Shown: piece by piece, positions 28,934-38,950 of the stretch
How positions within the stretch are numbered: the stretch's first letter is position 1
Layout: every line of letters starts with the position of its first letter
DNA from: a bacterium
GTDB lineage: Bacteria; Patescibacteriota; Dojkabacteria; JAKAPS01; JAJZLI01
DNA length: 64,000 nucleotides
NCBI GenBank assembly: GCA_021791275.1
Contig: JAJYWX010000029.1
Span: forward strand, 14,074-78,073
Direction: 5' to 3'
The notes under the pieces: model-generated
The model's input: only the letters and a program-made list of their open reading frames with translations
Told to the model about the DNA's origin: nothing
The model's database searches: none
Made by a program: the position numbers and the translations under genes

Positions 28934-30214
28934 TTAGTAATTCTTTTTTTGTATATTTATATTTTGCACTATACCTAAACCTATAAGTACTGTTAGAAGG
29001 GAGCTTCCCCCATAGCTTACAAGTGGTAGTGTAATACCCGTTACTGGCATTAGACCAATATTCATTCCGACATTTATCATAAATTGGACAATAATCATAG
29101 TTAGTACACCAACTATAACTAATGTTTCATATCTTCCTCTGGTATCCTTTAATATAGATAATATTTTGCTTATAAACAATAAATATATTATAAAAAACAT
29201 TATAGTTCCTATAAATCCAAATTCTTCAATAAATGTTGCAAATATAAAATCTGTTGTGTCTTCAGGTAAAAAGTTTAGTCTACTTTGGGTCCCTTCTGCA
29301 TAACCCTTTCCCCATAATCCTCCTGATCCTATTGCTATTTTGGATTGTTCAGTTTGAAAATTTAGGGATGAATTTAAGCTAGAAGATCTGTCTAAGAATC
29401 CAACCAATCTTTCTTTTTGATAATTTTTTAATAAGTGATCCCAAACGATTAATTTAAATGTGAATCCGAAAAGTAGTCCAATTAAAATTACTCCTGCTGC
29501 AATATATTTATACATTTCTTTTGAGGCTTTTTTATATATAAAATATATAACTATAATCAAAGCCAAAAGTAATACTACATTAACATTGAAAAATAATAAA
29601 TTTATATTTGCATTGAAAAGATTAATTCCTATGAATGGTAATATTAATAATGCAGATATTAGAAATAAAAGTATAGAATATAAGAATTTCTTTGGATTAT
29701 AATATGATGCAAATACTATTGATATCCATATTATTAATATAATTATTGTATTACCCAATGCTGGCTGTTTATAAATTAATATAACTATTGGAAGTATCAT
29801 TGCAAGACCAATACCAATTTTTTTGATTGCATTATCACTTTTTCTGAATATTTCGAAAAATGATGCAGAAATAAGAATAATAACTAATTTTGCAAATTCC
29901 GCGGGTTGTATACTTAATTTTCCTATTACAAACCATCTTCTAGTATTATTCAGCCTTATATTTAGAATGAATATAAGAGCTAATAAAGTAAATATTCCAA
30001 GGTATATTAATATTTGTACTTTTTTATCTTTATAGATTTTGTAGTCTATTGTTGTAAATGCAAAATATACAATAATTCCTAATATTGCAAAAATTAATTG
30101 TCTAATACCCTCACTACTTTGTCCTGTAGAGTATATGGTTACTATACCGATGGAAATTAGAACAATTATAAGGACTGTTAAAATATAATCTTGTTTAAGA
30201 AGGTTTTTGAACAT
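28934..30214 (-). CDS. rodA: SEDS protein RodA
   Basis: IQPAEFAK, YQKERL, QSKIAIGSGG, FLPEDTTDFIF, PVTGITLPLVSYGGSS. Confidence 0.9.
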   Translation of the reverse strand: MFKNLLKQDYILTVLIIVLISIGIVTIYSTGQSSEGIRQLIFAILGIIVYFAFTTIDYKIYKDKKVQILIYLGIFTLLALIFILNIRLNNTRRWFVIGKLSIQPAEFAKLVIILISASFFEIFRKSDNAIKKIGIGLAMILPIVILIYKQPALGNTIIILIIWISIVFASYYNPKKFLYSILLFLISALLILPFIGINLFNANINLLFFNVNVVLLLALIIVIYFIYKKASKEMYKYIAAGVILIGLLFGFTFKLIVWDHLLKNYQKERLVGFLDRSSSLNSSLNFQTEQSKIAIGSGGLWGKGYAEGTQSRLNFLPEDTTDFIFATFIEEFGFIGTIMFFIIYLLFISKILSILKDTRGRYETLVIVGVLTMIIVQFMINVGMNIGLMPVTGITLPLVSYGGSSLLTVLIGLGIVQNINIQKKNY

Positions 30215-33101
30215 CTATTTTTATATAAGCAGATTTGTTATTGATGAGTACTAAATTATTATCTTCTAGATTCTTTACTACATATATTTCTTTAGATTTA
30301 ACTTTTTCTTTTATTTCATTTTTGAATTTATCTATTATTTCTTTTAAATCATCATCCTCTGTTTGTATATATATATTGATTATATCTTTAATATTTAAGT
30401 TCATTTTCTTTCTTATATTCTGTATTTCTCTTATTAGTTCTCTTAAGTCTCCTTCTTGTAGGATAGATTTATTTAATTTTATATTTAAACCTAACTCTCC
30501 TGATTTATTTTTCTCTATAACAAAATCTTTTGTAAATTTATTCTCTATTTTTTTTACATTAATTTCTTCTTTTATTATTTCTAATATTTCATTATTATTT
30601 AATCCTTCATAATTTATATATACAGCAAGTAAAGGTTGTCTAAGTTTTATATTATTCTCTACTCTTATTTTCTGAAGTATATTTATTGCTTCTCTAGCTT
30701 TTTTCATTTCTAGATTAAGATCATTATTTATATCTTCTAGTTTTGTCTCAGGAAATTTTTGAAGATGTACGCTCTCTTCATTATTGTTTAAAGCAAGAAA
30801 AATATATTCAGATACAAATGGAATTATAGGTGCTACTGCTTTGGAGAATGTATTTAATACATAATATAATGTATTCATAGCATCTTTATCTCCCGAAGAG
30901 AATCTTTCTCTAGATCGTCTTATATACCAAGTAGATATATCATCAATGAAAGGTTGAATTAATAAAGAAGCTTCCATTAAACTATATTTATCTAATTTCT
31001 CAGTAATATTTTTTACGAATTGCTCTGTAATAGACCTTGCCCATCTATCCATTATATTTTCACTTTTTTTATTTTCAGGCGAGAAATTGTTATTATTTGC
31101 ATATATTATGAAATATTTCAGTGTATTATAAATAACAATAAAATTATTTTTTAATATTTCACTTGGACCAGAATCTTTAAATGCCAAGTCTTCCCCTCTT
31201 ACTAAAGGAGAAGATATAAGATAGAGTCTTAGTGCATCTGCTCCATACAAATTAATTAATTCTAATGGATCTGTATAATTTTTCTTTGATTTAGATAATT
31301 TTTTACCAGAGCTATCTTGAATTAGTCCTGTTGTAATGACGTTTAGAAATGCAGGTTTATTCATAATTGCAGTAGCAATTGTGTGTAAAGAATAAAACCA
31401 TCCTCTAGTTTGGTCTATCGCTTCAGCTATAAAATCTGCTGGAAAATCCTTCTCAAAGCTTTCTTTATTTTCAAAAGGATAATGTTTTTGTGCGTATGGC
31501 ATTGATCCTGATTCAAACCAGCAATCTAATACTTCTGGTATTCTCTTCATCTCACCTTTACTACATTTTTCACATTTGAAATAAAGGTTATCAATAAAGT
31601 GTCTATGAATATCTGTTATTTTTTTATTTGTAAGTTTTTCAAGTTCATTTACAGATCCTATTACTTTTATATTTGAACAATGATTACATTTCCAAACAGG
31701 TAGAGGTGTTCCCCAATATCTATTTCTAGATATTGCCCAGTCGGGAGCTGTCTTTAGGTTATTTTCAAAACGTCCATTTTTAATATGTTCTGGTATCCAG
31801 TTTATTTTTTGGTTATTTTTTATTGTATCTTTTTTAATATTTTGTACATTTAGAAACCAAGTTTCCATTGAATAATTTAAAAGAGGAGTATCACATCTCC
31901 AACAATGAGGGTAAGAATGAACTATTTTTATTTCTCTAAAAAATGAATTGTCTTCTTTTAATTTCTCTAATATTTTTTCACCCAGATCTCTTGCTTGTTC
32001 TCCAGCCCATTCCATTAGAGGATATTCTCCAAATTTACCTTCTATATTTACATGTCTTATTCTTGGAAGTTTTAATTTCTCTCCTAGTAACATATCTTCT
32101 TCCCCAAATGATGGTGCTATGTGTACAATTCCTGTACCTTCTTCTTGCGTAACGAAGTCTGCTTCTGTAATAAACCAACCCTTTTTATCTTTATTATGGT
32201 TCTCTTCCATTATTTTAGATATATCAAATAATGGGTAATATTCTTTCCCTATGAGATCCTTTGGGTTTATTTTATCCTCAACTATTTCATAGTCTATATT
32301 TTCGAAAATATAATCTAGTCTATCTTTTGCTAATATATAGTATTCATTCTTACTTTTTACTTTTACATATGTTAAATCTTTATTTATTGCCAGAACTATA
32401 TTTGCTGGTAATGTCCAAGGTGTTGTTGTCCAGGCAAGTAAGTATGTATCTTTGGCATCTTTTAATTTAAATTTAGCTACAACAGATAAATCTTCTAAAT
32501 CCTTATATCCTAATTGTACTTCTGTATTAGATAGGGGTGTTGCACATCTTGGACATATCTTTATGCTTTTATATCCTTCATAAATTAAGTTTTTATCATA
32601 TATTTCTTTAAATATATACCAAATGGTTTCCATATAATCTAGATTCATTGTCTTGTAATCATTTTCCATATCAATCCATCGTCCCAATCTTTTTACGAAA
32701 ACTTTCCATTCATCTACATATTTAAGTACAATTAGTCTACACTCTTCATTAAATTTATCTATTCCTAAGGATTCTATCTCCTTTTTATTTTTTATACCTT
32801 TTATTTTTTCCAATTCATATTCTACAGGTAATCCATGACAATCCCAGCCGAATTTTCTTTCAACATAGAATCCTTTCATTGTATAGTATCTAGGGAATAC
32901 GTCTTTTATTATTCCTTGTAAAAGACTACCATAATGAGGAAGTCCAGTAGCAAAAGGGGGCCCATCATAGAATACATAAGATTTTTTACCGATATTTTTC
33001 TTTAAAGATTTTTTGAAAGTATCATCCCTATCCCAATAATTTAGGATATCTTCTTCTATCTTTATAAAATTAGGGTTTGAGTCGAGATTAGGAAATTTCA
33101 T
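30195..33101 (-). CDS. ileS: Isoleucine--tRNA ligase, type 2
   Basis: FYDGPPFATGLPHYGS, GWDCHGLPVE, WTTTPWTLP, SRNRYWGTP, KLSKS; long IleRS2-type C-terminus. Confidence 0.96.
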   Translation of the reverse strand: MKFPNLDSNPNFIKIEEDILNYWDRDDTFKKSLKKNIGKKSYVFYDGPPFATGLPHYGSLLQGIIKDVFPRYYTMKGFYVERKFGWDCHGLPVEYELEKIKGIKNKKEIESLGIDKFNEECRLIVLKYVDEWKVFVKRLGRWIDMENDYKTMNLDYMETIWYIFKEIYDKNLIYEGYKSIKICPRCATPLSNTEVQLGYKDLEDLSVVAKFKLKDAKDTYLLAWTTTPWTLPANIVLAINKDLTYVKVKSKNEYYILAKDRLDYIFENIDYEIVEDKINPKDLIGKEYYPLFDISKIMEENHNKDKKGWFITEADFVTQEEGTGIVHIAPSFGEEDMLLGEKLKLPRIRHVNIEGKFGEYPLMEWAGEQARDLGEKILEKLKEDNSFFREIKIVHSYPHCWRCDTPLLNYSMETWFLNVQNIKKDTIKNNQKINWIPEHIKNGRFENNLKTAPDWAISRNRYWGTPLPVWKCNHCSNIKVIGSVNELEKLTNKKITDIHRHFIDNLYFKCEKCSKGEMKRIPEVLDCWFESGSMPYAQKHYPFENKESFEKDFPADFIAEAIDQTRGWFYSLHTIATAIMNKPAFLNVITTGLIQDSSGKKLSKSKKNYTDPLELINLYGADALRLYLISSPLVRGEDLAFKDSGPSEILKNNFIVIYNTLKYFIIYANNNNFSPENKKSENIMDRWARSITEQFVKNITEKLDKYSLMEASLLIQPFIDDISTWYIRRSRERFSSGDKDAMNTLYYVLNTFSKAVAPIIPFVSEYIFLALNNNEESVHLQKFPETKLEDINNDLNLEMKKAREAINILQKIRVENNIKLRQPLLAVYINYEGLNNNEILEIIKEEINVKKIENKFTKDFVIEKNKSGELGLNIKLNKSILQEGDLRELIREIQNIRKKMNLNIKDIINIYIQTEDDDLKEIIDKFKNEIKEKVKSKEIYVVKNLEDNNLVLINNKSAYIKIDVQKPS

Positions 33102-33129
33102 AGTGTATGATATTTTATATCATACACTA
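33101..33129. repeat. Perfect 13-bp inverted repeat at the ileS start
   Basis: TAGTGTATGATAT-TTT-ATATCATACACTA. Confidence 0.85.
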
Positions 33130-33142
33130 ATATTTTTCAAAT

Positions 33143-33532
33143 TTAGCTAATATCATCAGCTTTTTTTTGAATCTTTTTTTGTAAAGCATCAATCTTCTTG
33201 TTTGCTTTTTTTAATGATAGTTGAGTTTTTTTTAGAGCTTTTTCTTTTATATTAGCCTTTTCTTTGTCTAATTGTTTATTAATTTTTTCTAAATTTTCTT
33301 TAGTTTTTTTAATAAATTCATCTTTATCAAAATTCTCTATATTGTATGAGATATCATCAATGAAATCATAAGTATCATCTATTACTCTATCTTTTGATTC
33401 CTTATACTTATTTTTAACTTCTTCTCTATTGTCTTTGTTTGATAGAAATATGGAAGCTGCTCCAGCTAATACACCTAATAAGAATGTAATGGTTATCTTT
33501 TTTGAATTATTCTTTCTTTTATTTAGTGTCAT
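33143..33532 (-). CDS. YtxH-like protein
   Basis: FLLGVLAGAASIFL followed by a charged coiled coil. Confidence 0.7.
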   Translation of the reverse strand: MTLNKRKNNSKKITITFLLGVLAGAASIFLSNKDNREEVKNKYKESKDRVIDDTYDFIDDISYNIENFDKDEFIKKTKENLEKINKQLDKEKANIKEKALKKTQLSLKKANKKIDALQKKIQKKADDIS

Positions 33533-33729
33533 ACTTTTATCAATTTATATATAAATTTAAGTATTTTACCGTAATTTACATCTAAACTTTCTGTAAATGT
33601 TTTTATCTTATTTGCTGCTCTATTAATATTTCTCAGAGCTATCATAAGCTGTATTATTGCTAATATGAAAAGTAATATGAATATTGATGTTAATATTATT
33701 AATATGTCTATTATGATTTTTTCAAACAT
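33529..33729 (-). CDS. Small membrane protein (YtxG/DUF948-like)
   Basis: N-terminal TM plus amphipathic helix, ATGA-coupled to the YtxH-like gene. Confidence 0.55.
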   Translation of the reverse strand: MFEKIIIDILIILTSIFILLFILAIIQLMIALRNINRAANKIKTFTESLDVNYGKILKFIYKLIKV

Positions 33730-33818
33730 TGTTTGTATCTTATAATATTTTATTACTGTAATTATACTACATCAAATTATATATTTCAAATAATTTGCCT
33801 TTGTGTTAATATTTCTTT

Positions 33819-34889
33819 ATGAAATTTTTAATTTTTGCCGGTGGTAACGGAACAAGATTATGGCCTTTAAGTAGAAAAGATAATCCAAAACAGTTTCAGT
33901 ATTTTTTTTCAGATAAGTCACTTTTTCAATTAACAATAGAACGTTTATCCAAAAGATTTTCTTTTGATGATTTTTTTATAGTTACACCCAAAGAATATGT
34001 ACAAATCATAAAAAGTCAGGTTCCATATATAAAAGATGAAAATATATTTATTGAAAGTGAGACTAGAGATACTCTTGCTTGTGTTGGTTTTGGGGCATTT
34101 TTAATTGATTCTAAATTTGAAGATGAAGCTGTGGCTCTCTTGTGGTCTGACCATAGAATCAAATATGAAGATACATTTCTTAATGCTTTCGAAACTGCAT
34201 CTAAATATTCCAAGAAAAATAATAAAATTGTTCAAATAGATGTTAATCCTACAAGTATAAATATTAATTTAGGTTATGTACAAATAGGTGAACAATTAGA
34301 ATCTATTGATGGTTTTAATATTTATCAGTTTATAAAACATACTGAGAAACCTGATTATAAAACTGCAAAAAAATTTATAGAGAGTTTTGATTATTTATGG
34401 CATACGGGTTACTCTGTATTCCCTCCAGGAAAGATTGTTGAGCTTTATGATAAATATGCTAATAATACAGCTAAAATCCTTAGAGATATAGTTAAAGCAT
34501 ATAAAAATAAGGAAAATTTTGATAAATTGTATCTTTCTATTGATAGAACTTCAATTGATTATGCTATTTTTGAGAAAATAGATCCATCATCTATTGTTGT
34601 TATTCCGGCTGATATTGGATGGAGTGATGTAGGCAATTGGGAATCTTTGAAAGAGATATTAGAGACCAAGTATGAAGGAAATGTTACTCAGGGAGATAAT
34701 TTATTAATAGATACAAAGAATAGTCTTGTTTTTTCTACAAATAAAAATAAGTTAATTTCAACCATAGGTGTTAGAGATATTATTATAGTAGATACAGAGG
34801 ATGCATTATTAGTATGCTCAATTTCTGATGCTCACAAGGTAAAAGATTTGGTTAATAATTTAAAAAATAAAAAGAGTCCATTACTTTAG
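33819..34889 (+). CDS. manC: Mannose-1-phosphate guanylyltransferase
   Basis: AGGNGTRLWPLSR..PKQ, SIDYAIFEK, GWSDVGNW. Confidence 0.9.
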   Translation: MKFLIFAGGNGTRLWPLSRKDNPKQFQYFFSDKSLFQLTIERLSKRFSFDDFFIVTPKEYVQIIKSQVPYIKDENIFIESETRDTLACVGFGAFLIDSKFEDEAVALLWSDHRIKYEDTFLNAFETASKYSKKNNKIVQIDVNPTSININLGYVQIGEQLESIDGFNIYQFIKHTEKPDYKTAKKFIESFDYLWHTGYSVFPPGKIVELYDKYANNTAKILRDIVKAYKNKENFDKLYLSIDRTSIDYAIFEKIDPSSIVVIPADIGWSDVGNWESLKEILETKYEGNVTQGDNLLIDTKNSLVFSTNKNKLISTIGVRDIIIVDTEDALLVCSISDAHKVKDLVNNLKNKKSPLL

Positions 34890-34891
34890 TA

Positions 34892-36358
34892 TTAAGTTTT
34901 TTTTACTGTAGGAGTATATTGAATATTTTTCCCTAATAAAAGTCTAGTTTGGGCATCTATTGCTGGTATAGCAGAAAAGATGATGCTTACAATTGGATAA
35001 ATTATCCAAGTTATATATGAAAAAAGTTTCTTTATATTTTTCTTATCATTTTTTTCTGGGGCTATTCTAACTTCAAAAAATAATATAAGTATTACAAGTA
35101 TTGTTGTGATTGTAAGGAATCTACTTATAATAGTAGGTATAGTGTATGAAAGGGTTGTTTTTTGATACTTTGAATTTAATTCAGGAATAAGGTCTCCAAA
35201 AGTTATTATAATTGGAGCGATTGCTCTTTCGAATGAATTTTTTATTTGCTGATATATTAATAGAAATTTTCTTCCTTTTGTTAATTTTTTATTTTTTATA
35301 ACATTTGGTATGCTAAAAGACATTTCAGAAGCTCCCCACGCCCATCTTCTTAATTGCTTATATTGTTCTTTTAAACTTTTCCAGTATGTATCTGCCAATA
35401 CGGCATCACCATATACCATAATATGTAGAGGTATAACTTTTGTATCATTTCCAAATGCCAGAGTTGCTTTCCAGTACAGCCTTTCATCTTCAGGTATTAT
35501 ATCTGGATCCCAGTATCCAATTTTATGCAAAGACTCTAAATTTATCGCATAGCAAGAAAAATTCATTAATTTTTCAGGCTTAAAAGTTAAAGCCATTTGC
35601 CATTGTGCAGAAAATGTTGCTATTATCCTTGATACAATAGATACTTTCCAGATATTGTTATAGAATATTGGTATAGGTTGATAAATTACTTTATTTCTAT
35701 TCTTTGATGATAGATAAGTATATGTAAGGTATAAAAAGTAATTTTTATCATGTCTATAATCGGCATCATTACTAGTGATAATAACTTTTTTAGTATCTAT
35801 TTTTTTATTTTTTAATATTTTATAAAATTCACGAGCAGCGAAATTCTCGTTGGATGCTTTTCCTGCAATCTCTCCATTTACAAGCTCGTGTTCTGTAATA
35901 ATTAGATCAAAAAAGTTATTTTTATATTCATTTTTTAATTTTTCTGCACACTCTTTACCTTGTGGGAATTTTTTTTCTGTTGCAAATAATATAATTTTTT
36001 TATTCTTTGGATATATAATTTTACTCGCAGCCTCTATAGTTGGTCTTATAACTTCTTCTGTTTCATTAGCGATTGGAATTAAAAGTACTTGATAATAGTC
36101 TTTCCAAACTTTTTTATATTCTTTATCAAGCTTCTCTACCCAATCAGTTTTTTTTACTTCATTTATTTTTTTATTTGCTTTAAATACTAGTACCATAGTA
36201 TTTACTGCTCCGTATATAAAATAGAGTATATAAAATACAACTATATATATAACTAAGATTGGGTATGTAAAAGATAGTACAAATATAAGAATTATAGTTC
36301 CCCACAATATTAGTCCGGGAACCATATTAATTAATCTGGTTAGAAATTTATCACTCAT
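34892..36358 (-). CDS. Membrane-bound processive-type GT2 glycosyltransferase
   Basis: GKASN, DAD, ED and QLRRWAWG (QxxRW) motifs, flanking TM helices. Confidence 0.85.
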   Translation of the reverse strand: MSDKFLTRLINMVPGLILWGTIILIFVLSFTYPILVIYIVVFYILYFIYGAVNTMVLVFKANKKINEVKKTDWVEKLDKEYKKVWKDYYQVLLIPIANETEEVIRPTIEAASKIIYPKNKKIILFATEKKFPQGKECAEKLKNEYKNNFFDLIITEHELVNGEIAGKASNENFAAREFYKILKNKKIDTKKVIITSNDADYRHDKNYFLYLTYTYLSSKNRNKVIYQPIPIFYNNIWKVSIVSRIIATFSAQWQMALTFKPEKLMNFSCYAINLESLHKIGYWDPDIIPEDERLYWKATLAFGNDTKVIPLHIMVYGDAVLADTYWKSLKEQYKQLRRWAWGASEMSFSIPNVIKNKKLTKGRKFLLIYQQIKNSFERAIAPIIITFGDLIPELNSKYQKTTLSYTIPTIISRFLTITTILVILILFFEVRIAPEKNDKKNIKKLFSYITWIIYPIVSIIFSAIPAIDAQTRLLLGKNIQYTPTVKKT

Positions 36359-36433
36359 TGTGTAATTTTTACTTTAGATTTAAAGGATTATAACATTTAG
36401 TAATGTATTATTCTATGATACAATTAATATTCT

Positions 36434-38950
36434 ATGAAAGAAACACCTGCGATGTCTCAATATTATAATATTAAGAAAGAGAATCCCGATGTGATAATTC
36501 TTTTCAGGATGGGAGATTTCTACGAATCATTTGATGAAGACGCGAAAATAATATCTGAGGTATTAAATATAGCACTAACAAGTAGAGATAGAACTGATAA
36601 AAAAACACCTATGGCAGGATTCCCATATCATGCACTAGATACATATCTTTCTAAATTAATTGAAAGTAACTTTAAGGTAGGTATATGTGAACAGATGGAA
36701 GATCCTAAAGAAGCTAAGGGGGTTGTCAAAAGAGACTTAGTTAAAATAATAACTCCTGGCACATATATTTCTGATACCTATACAGATCAAAAAAATAATA
36801 ATTTCATTGTTGCAATAGATGAAATTTCCCCTTCTTTTTATTCATTATCATTTATCGATTTTTCTACAGGGGATTTTTATATTACAGATATACTATCTTA
36901 TGAAAAATTGAAGCTATTTATTTCAAGTATATCGCCAAAAGAATTACTGGTTAAATCTAATTTAGATTTATATTTCCAAGATGGAATAAAAATATCAATT
37001 CTTTCTGATGAAGATTTCAATATTGAATCATTGAAAATGCTTAACTTTAATATAGATTATAAGCATAAATCTTATATGGCAGCTGGAGCTATAATAAATT
37101 ATTTAATTCATACTCAAAAGGTTGATATATCTCATATAAAAAGTATAAAAAATTTTAATATACAGGAGTACATGATATTAGACCAAAATACTCTTAGAGG
37201 ATTAGAATTATTTAGTACAACTTTTGGTATTTATGATGGATCTTTAATATCAGTTATAGATAAAACTATAACTTCAATGGGAGCAAGGAAATTGAGATTT
37301 TACCTTTCTCACCCAATTCTAAATAAAAATGTAATAGAAGATAGACTTAATTCTGTTGATGAAATTTTGAAGTTAGATAAAACTTTATATTTAGATACCT
37401 TTTTGTCTGGTATTTATGACTTAGAAAGAATTTCTGCAAAATTGAGTATGCTGTCAGTTTTGCCTAGAGATCTTTTAGCACTAAAACAATCCCTTACTAA
37501 GGTGCTGGAAATAGATTTGTCATTTTTTAAAAGCTCACTTATGAGAGATATTGCAAATAGTATAGTGGGATTAAAAGATATTAAAAAGATAGTAGATATA
37601 ATTGATAAAAACATAGAAGATAATTCTCCTCTACTTTTAAAAGATGGAGGATTTATAAAATTTGGTGTTAATAAGGAGCTTGATAATTATAAAGAAGTTA
37701 TAAAAAACGGAAAGAATTGGATTGTTAATTTTCAAAAAAAGGAACAGGATAGGTTGTCAATTCCATCATTAAAAGTTCACTATAATAGAGTTTTTGGTTA
37801 CTATATTGAAATATCAAATACTCATAAATCTAAAGTTCCCTCAAATTATATTAGGAAGCAAACCCTTACTAATGCTGAGAGATATATTTCTGATGAGCTA
37901 AAAGAATATGAGGATTTAATATTAAATTCTTCATCTAAGAGTGTTGCTTTAGAAAATGATATTTTCATGGAAGTTGTAAAAAATATCCGTGAATATATAT
38001 CTTCTATTCAAATTTTAGCTGAAAATTTATCCTATTTAGATGTACTTAATTCTTATTCAAAATGTGCTAAGCAGTTTAATTTTTATAAACCAAATATAAA
38101 TACTAAAAATAATGATTTAAAAATTGTAGAAGGGAGGCATCCTGTAATTGAACAAAAGATTAAACCATTACAATACATACCAAATGATATTGATATTAAG
38201 AGTAATGAGATTATGTTAATTTCGGGACCGAATATGTCAGGTAAAAGTAGTATATTAAGGCAAGTAGGTATAATTGTGATTTTGATGCAAATAGGGTCTT
38301 TTGTCCCGGCAAAAGAATCATATATACCAATAATAGATAAAGTTTTTACTAGAGTTGGTGCAGCAGATAATCTATCTTTGGGAGAAAGCACATTTATGGT
38401 TGAGATGAACGAGGTTAGTAATATTATAAATAATGCTACAGAAAAGAGCTTAATAATTTTAGATGAAATAGGAAGAGGCACATCTACGTTTGATGGAGTT
38501 TCTATAGCATGGGCTATAATTGAATATATCCATGATCATATAAAAGCGAAAACTTTAGTTGCTACACATTATCATGAATTAATAAAATTAGAAGAAATTC
38601 TGGAAGGTGTGTTCAATGTAAATGTTAAAGTCAAAGAAAATAAAGAAGAAATAATTTTTTTAAGGAAATTAGAAAAGGGTGGAACTGACAAAAGCTATGG
38701 AATACATGTAGCGAAACTAGCTAAATTACCTGAATCAATTATAAAAAGAGCATTTGAGATATTATCTCAATTTGAGAAAGATAAGAAAGAGTATAGCAAA
38801 AAATTTATTGAGCAGGAGATTCCATTAACAAATTTAGACGGAGGACTATATAATGATATTAAAAATTTAAATATAAATAATATTACTCCAGTAGAAGCGT
38901 TGAATATACTTTTAAATTTAAAAGAAAAATATGATAAAAATACTATCTGA
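36434..38950 (+). CDS. mutS: DNA mismatch repair protein MutS
   Basis: FRMGDFYE, GPNMSGKS, DEIGRGTST, SYGIHVA. Confidence 0.97.
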   Translation: MKETPAMSQYYNIKKENPDVIILFRMGDFYESFDEDAKIISEVLNIALTSRDRTDKKTPMAGFPYHALDTYLSKLIESNFKVGICEQMEDPKEAKGVVKRDLVKIITPGTYISDTYTDQKNNNFIVAIDEISPSFYSLSFIDFSTGDFYITDILSYEKLKLFISSISPKELLVKSNLDLYFQDGIKISILSDEDFNIESLKMLNFNIDYKHKSYMAAGAIINYLIHTQKVDISHIKSIKNFNIQEYMILDQNTLRGLELFSTTFGIYDGSLISVIDKTITSMGARKLRFYLSHPILNKNVIEDRLNSVDEILKLDKTLYLDTFLSGIYDLERISAKLSMLSVLPRDLLALKQSLTKVLEIDLSFFKSSLMRDIANSIVGLKDIKKIVDIIDKNIEDNSPLLLKDGGFIKFGVNKELDNYKEVIKNGKNWIVNFQKKEQDRLSIPSLKVHYNRVFGYYIEISNTHKSKVPSNYIRKQTLTNAERYISDELKEYEDLILNSSSKSVALENDIFMEVVKNIREYISSIQILAENLSYLDVLNSYSKCAKQFNFYKPNINTKNNDLKIVEGRHPVIEQKIKPLQYIPNDIDIKSNEIMLISGPNMSGKSSILRQVGIIVILMQIGSFVPAKESYIPIIDKVFTRVGAADNLSLGESTFMVEMNEVSNIINNATEKSLIILDEIGRGTSTFDGVSIAWAIIEYIHDHIKAKTLVATHYHELIKLEEILEGVFNVNVKVKENKEEIIFLRKLEKGGTDKSYGIHVAKLAKLPESIIKRAFEILSQFEKDKKEYSKKFIEQEIPLTNLDGGLYNDIKNLNINNITPVEALNILLNLKEKYDKNTI

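Noticed and set aside
10480-33142. T-box riboswitches before tyrS, pheS, thrS and ileS
   Set aside because: Upstream gaps are 65 nt or less, or overlapping, too short for a T-box, and no T-box motif was seen
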